A stretch of DNA of 64,000 bases from positions 62,413 through 126,412 of the forward strand of contig CAJOEN010000001.1 of the NCBI GenBank assembly GCA_905233475.1. The letters are read 5' to 3'. Shown here one piece after another: positions 61,006-64,000 of this stretch. The notes beneath the pieces are model-generated. The model was not told where the DNA came from. It saw only the letters and a program-made list of their open reading frames with translations, and did not search any database. The position numbers were made by a program, and so were the translations under genes. The first letter of the stretch is position 1. Every line of letters begins with the position of its first letter. The stretch is from an uncultured Bacteroidales bacterium. Lineage in GTDB: Bacteria; Bacteroidota; Bacteroidia; Bacteroidales; P3.

Positions 61006-64000
61006 ATGATTTTCAAAAAGATAGCTATAAACAACATTGCTTCCATCGAAAAAGCCGAAATAAATTTTGCCGAAGGTCTGTTGGGCAATCAGCCGATATT
61101 CCTTATCTACGGAAAAACAGGTGCCGGCAAAACCACCATACTCGACGCCATCTGTCTGGCCTTGTACAACAGCGTGCCACGCTTGGAAAGCAGTCCAAAG
61201 GACAGCTATGACGACAACATGATTGCCCGCGACAACACTGCCGTAAACAGCACTTTGGTACTGGTACGCAGAGGGGCGACAACGGCTCAGGTGGATTTCA
61301 CTTTCGAAGGTAACGACGGAAAGACCTACATCGCCCGCTGGACGGCCGAATCCGTAACAAGGGGCGAGAACAAGGGCAAACTGAAAGGCTTCCCTTCGAG
61401 GGAACTGCAATGCCTAACCGACGGCAGACTGCTTAACAAAGAAAATGAAATAAAAGACTGCATAAAGGACAGTAGTTGCGTCGGCCTCGATTTCAAACAG
61501 TTCTGTCGCACAACAATGCTTGCTCAGGGCGAATTCACCAAATTTCTGAAAAGCGACGACACGGAAAAAGCCGAGATTCTCGAAAAACTCACCGGAACCG
61601 AAATATACACAGCAATTGGACAAAAGATAGCCGAACTTACCAGCCGTAAAAATCGTGAACGTGAACTCCTTGCAAACCGCATTGCCGACCGGCACACGCT
61701 GTCAGATGAAGAGATACAGAAACTTACCGACGAGTCTGTTCAGCTACAAAACACTGTTAACCAATTAGATAAGAATATTACCGAATGTAATACCAAACTA
61801 ACTTGGCTTCAACGTCATTCGCAACTGCAAACCGAACTAAACACCAACGTACAACTGCTATCGCAATTGGAGCTACAACAGAACTCCGAAACACATCGTA
61901 CAAAACTGCAAACTGTGTCTGATTGGAAACAGACTGTGGAAATACGACGCTGCACTGCCGATTGTAACAACGAAAAAAATCGTCGGGCGGAACTTGGAAA
62001 AGAAGAACATCGTCTGTCCACAGAGTTTTTCACCCTCACAGGAAAACGGCTTTATCTTTTAAAACTGATAGAATCCATTGAAAATGACCTAAAAACAACA
62101 CGTGAAAAACTCCAACAATACTCCGAGGCGGAGGAATGTATGCTCGACAACGCCCAAAGTATATCCGAAAGGCTTAAAACTCTGCAAAACCATGCTAACG
62201 ACGCAACAAAACACCACATCGAAGCCGAGAAAAACAAAGAACGGCTGAAAGAACTTCAAAACACCAAAGATACCGCGATTGCAGATTTGGAGAAAGCCAC
62301 AAAGACACTGAACGACAAAGACATAGAATTACAGGAAGCGAAAAGCCTGTTGGCGTCAAAAAATTTCGACCAACTGCAAAAACGTATGCAGAACCTTCTC
62401 TCCTATTCCAACGCCCTGAAGACCCTCATTTCGGCACGGGAGCAGATGGAGAAATCCGCCTCCGAAACCGAAAACACAAAAAAACTTTTGGAATTACAAC
62501 AGAAACTCCTCCCCGACAAGGAATTAGCTTTCAAAACCGCCGACAACGAACTATCCAAAGCCGAGCGTGATTACGAAAAGGTTTATCAGAGCCTCGACAA
62601 CCACGCAAAAGCCATTCGCAGCAAACTCGAAACTGGCGATATATGCCCCGTTTGCGGCAATAAGGTGGAACAACTGCTTTCCGACGATGAAATCAAAAAA
62701 ATAATAGAGCCCATCGAACAGCGTAAAAACGAACTAAAAAACATCCAAATCGAGGCCGAGAAGGAACTGAATGAGTTGAACAATGCCATAAAGGTATTAA
62801 GTCTCGACTTGCAGTCGAAAACCGCCGAACTTGAAAACAAAAAATCGCAATACTCCAAACAGCTATCTGATACGCAATTACTTTGCACCAACGCAAACCG
62901 TACTTGGAATGACGACCTCGAAACAGAAAACAATCTCATAGTTCAAGCTAAAACGCAATGCGAACAGGAATTACAGCACGCCAACAAGTTGCAGGAAGAG
63001 GTAAACCGCCTTCAAGAGGATTTCAATAAACTTGATAAACAACGGCAAGAGGCCGAGAAAAACAAAATTGTCGCCGAAAACAACGTAAACAACTGTAATA
63101 CAGCCATTGCCAACGCCACAAAAAACGAGTTGGATTGCCAAGAAAAATACAACTTACTTCACATCGAACTCGACAACACCATCACCCTCCCCGACTGGGA
63201 CAAGAACATCGACGACACACGAATCAACATCTCCGGCAAAGCCGAAAATCACAAAAAACTTAAAGAACATCAAACAAAACGCGAAGGAGATGTGGAAAGG
63301 CTTAAAACCGTAGAATCTTCTATCACAGATAGTTACAATACTGTAAAAAAACTGTTCCCCTCTTGGACGGAAAGCCTTGAGCCCCAACAGATTGTAACCG
63401 AAGACCATAACCTTTGGAATTCCCTTCAGGCCGACGCCAAGTCGCTTTTCCAAAACCAAACCGAAAACATAAAAAGGATTGGCGAACTGCAACTCCTAAT
63501 TGATGACTTTTATACCCAAAAACCGTCGATAACCGCCGAAATAGTGAAACATCTGTCGGCTTTTTCACAAACTGAAATCGACAATTTGGAACGCGACCTA
63601 CTTCAATTCGACAAGCAATTGAATGCCTGCAAAGCCATTGTAGGACAGAAAAACAAGGAAATTGACGAACACAACGCCACCAAACCCCGGCTTTCCGACG
63701 ACGACACTTTGGAAATGCTTACCCAAAAAGCCAACATACATACGCAACAAAGCGACACTCTAAAACAACAAATCGGCGCCATAGACAACCAACTGAAAAC
63801 CAACGCCCAGAACTCCGAAGAGACAAAAAAAATGCAAAAGCAATACGAAAGCCTTTGCAAAGAATACGGTTCTTGGGACAGGCTTAACCGCATGTTCGGC
63901 ACCAATGACGCTAAATTTCAACGCATTGCCCAAAGTTTTCTTTTGGGACAGATTTTGGAAACGTCCAACTACTACCTGCGACAGTTCAATCCACGCTATG
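61006..64000 (+). CDS. sbcC: exonuclease SbcCD subunit C (SMC-like), 3' truncated by the window edge; absent from the ORF track
   Basis: MIFKKIAINNIASIE...IYGKTGAGKTTILDAICLALY, F.R..MLAQGEF.KFL, zinc hook CPVCG, long coiled coil. Confidence 0.92.
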   Translation, partial: MIFKKIAINNIASIEKAEINFAEGLLGNQPIFLIYGKTGAGKTTILDAICLALYNSVPRLESSPKDSYDDNMIARDNTAVNSTLVLVRRGATTAQVDFTFEGNDGKTYIARWTAESVTRGENKGKLKGFPSRELQCLTDGRLLNKENEIKDCIKDSSCVGLDFKQFCRTTMLAQGEFTKFLKSDDTEKAEILEKLTGTEIYTAIGQKIAELTSRKNRERELLANRIADRHTLSDEEIQKLTDESVQLQNTVNQLDKNITECNTKLTWLQRHSQLQTELNTNVQLLSQLELQQNSETHRTKLQTVSDWKQTVEIRRCTADCNNEKNRRAELGKEEHRLSTEFFTLTGKRLYLLKLIESIENDLKTTREKLQQYSEAEECMLDNAQSISERLKTLQNHANDATKHHIEAEKNKERLKELQNTKDTAIADLEKATKTLNDKDIELQEAKSLLASKNFDQLQKRMQNLLSYSNALKTLISAREQMEKSASETENTKKLLELQQKLLPDKELAFKTADNELSKAERDYEKVYQSLDNHAKAIRSKLETGDICPVCGNKVEQLLSDDEIKKIIEPIEQRKNELKNIQIEAEKELNELNNAIKVLSLDLQSKTAELENKKSQYSKQLSDTQLLCTNANRTWNDDLETENNLIVQAKTQCEQELQHANKLQEEVNRLQEDFNKLDKQRQEAEKNKIVAENNVNNCNTAIANATKNELDCQEKYNLLHIELDNTITLPDWDKNIDDTRINISGKAENHKKLKEHQTKREGDVERLKTVESSITDSYNTVKKLFPSWTESLEPQQIVTEDHNLWNSLQADAKSLFQNQTENIKRIGELQLLIDDFYTQKPSITAEIVKHLSAFSQTEIDNLERDLLQFDKQLNACKAIVGQKNKEIDEHNATKPRLSDDDTLEMLTQKANIHTQQSDTLKQQIGAIDNQLKTNAQNSEETKKMQKQYESLCKEYGSWDRLNRMFGTNDAKFQRIAQSFLLGQILETSNYYLRQFNPRY

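Noticed and set aside
59793..64000. SMC-based defence system (Wadjet/Lamassu)
   Set aside because: phosphoesterase plus CPVCG zinc-hook SMC in sbcD-sbcC order is ordinary SbcCD

Overview
64 kb of a Bacteroidales (Bacteroidota) chromosome, judged from TAnnTTTG -7 promoter boxes, Bacteroidota-type rpoZ/bamD, hemD-rnpA-yidD, secDF and a PorV-family gene. The backbone is housekeeping: Met/Cys PLP lyase, sugar MFS, a SurA/PPIase cluster, panB, kbl, ettA, an ECF sigma, ung, greA, secDF, radC, a phosphate acyltransferase and sbcD/sbcC (truncated by the window edge). Accessory blocks interrupt it. (i) Two solitary AAA_14/DUF4143-type ATPase-nuclease genes each have their own, different, direct-repeat array at the promoter; this is my best candidate for an undescribed system. 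(ii) A defence island (type I RM + class III-like Fic + ApeA-type HEPN) is bordered by an orphan priA 3' tail and a restriction-endonuclease remnant. (iii) An MNT-HEPN pair. (iv) An integrase-free one-gene cassette sits between two diverged ung 3' ends. (v) A TonB-dependent receptor / 1600-aa T9SS cargo / PorV-paralogue operon. There are also candidate structured leaders (notably a hairpin-pseudoknot before a DUF805 gene) and a REP-like cluster. I recognised no rRNA, tRNA, CRISPR array, integrase or transposase. All family assignments come from motif recognition by eye, not database searches.
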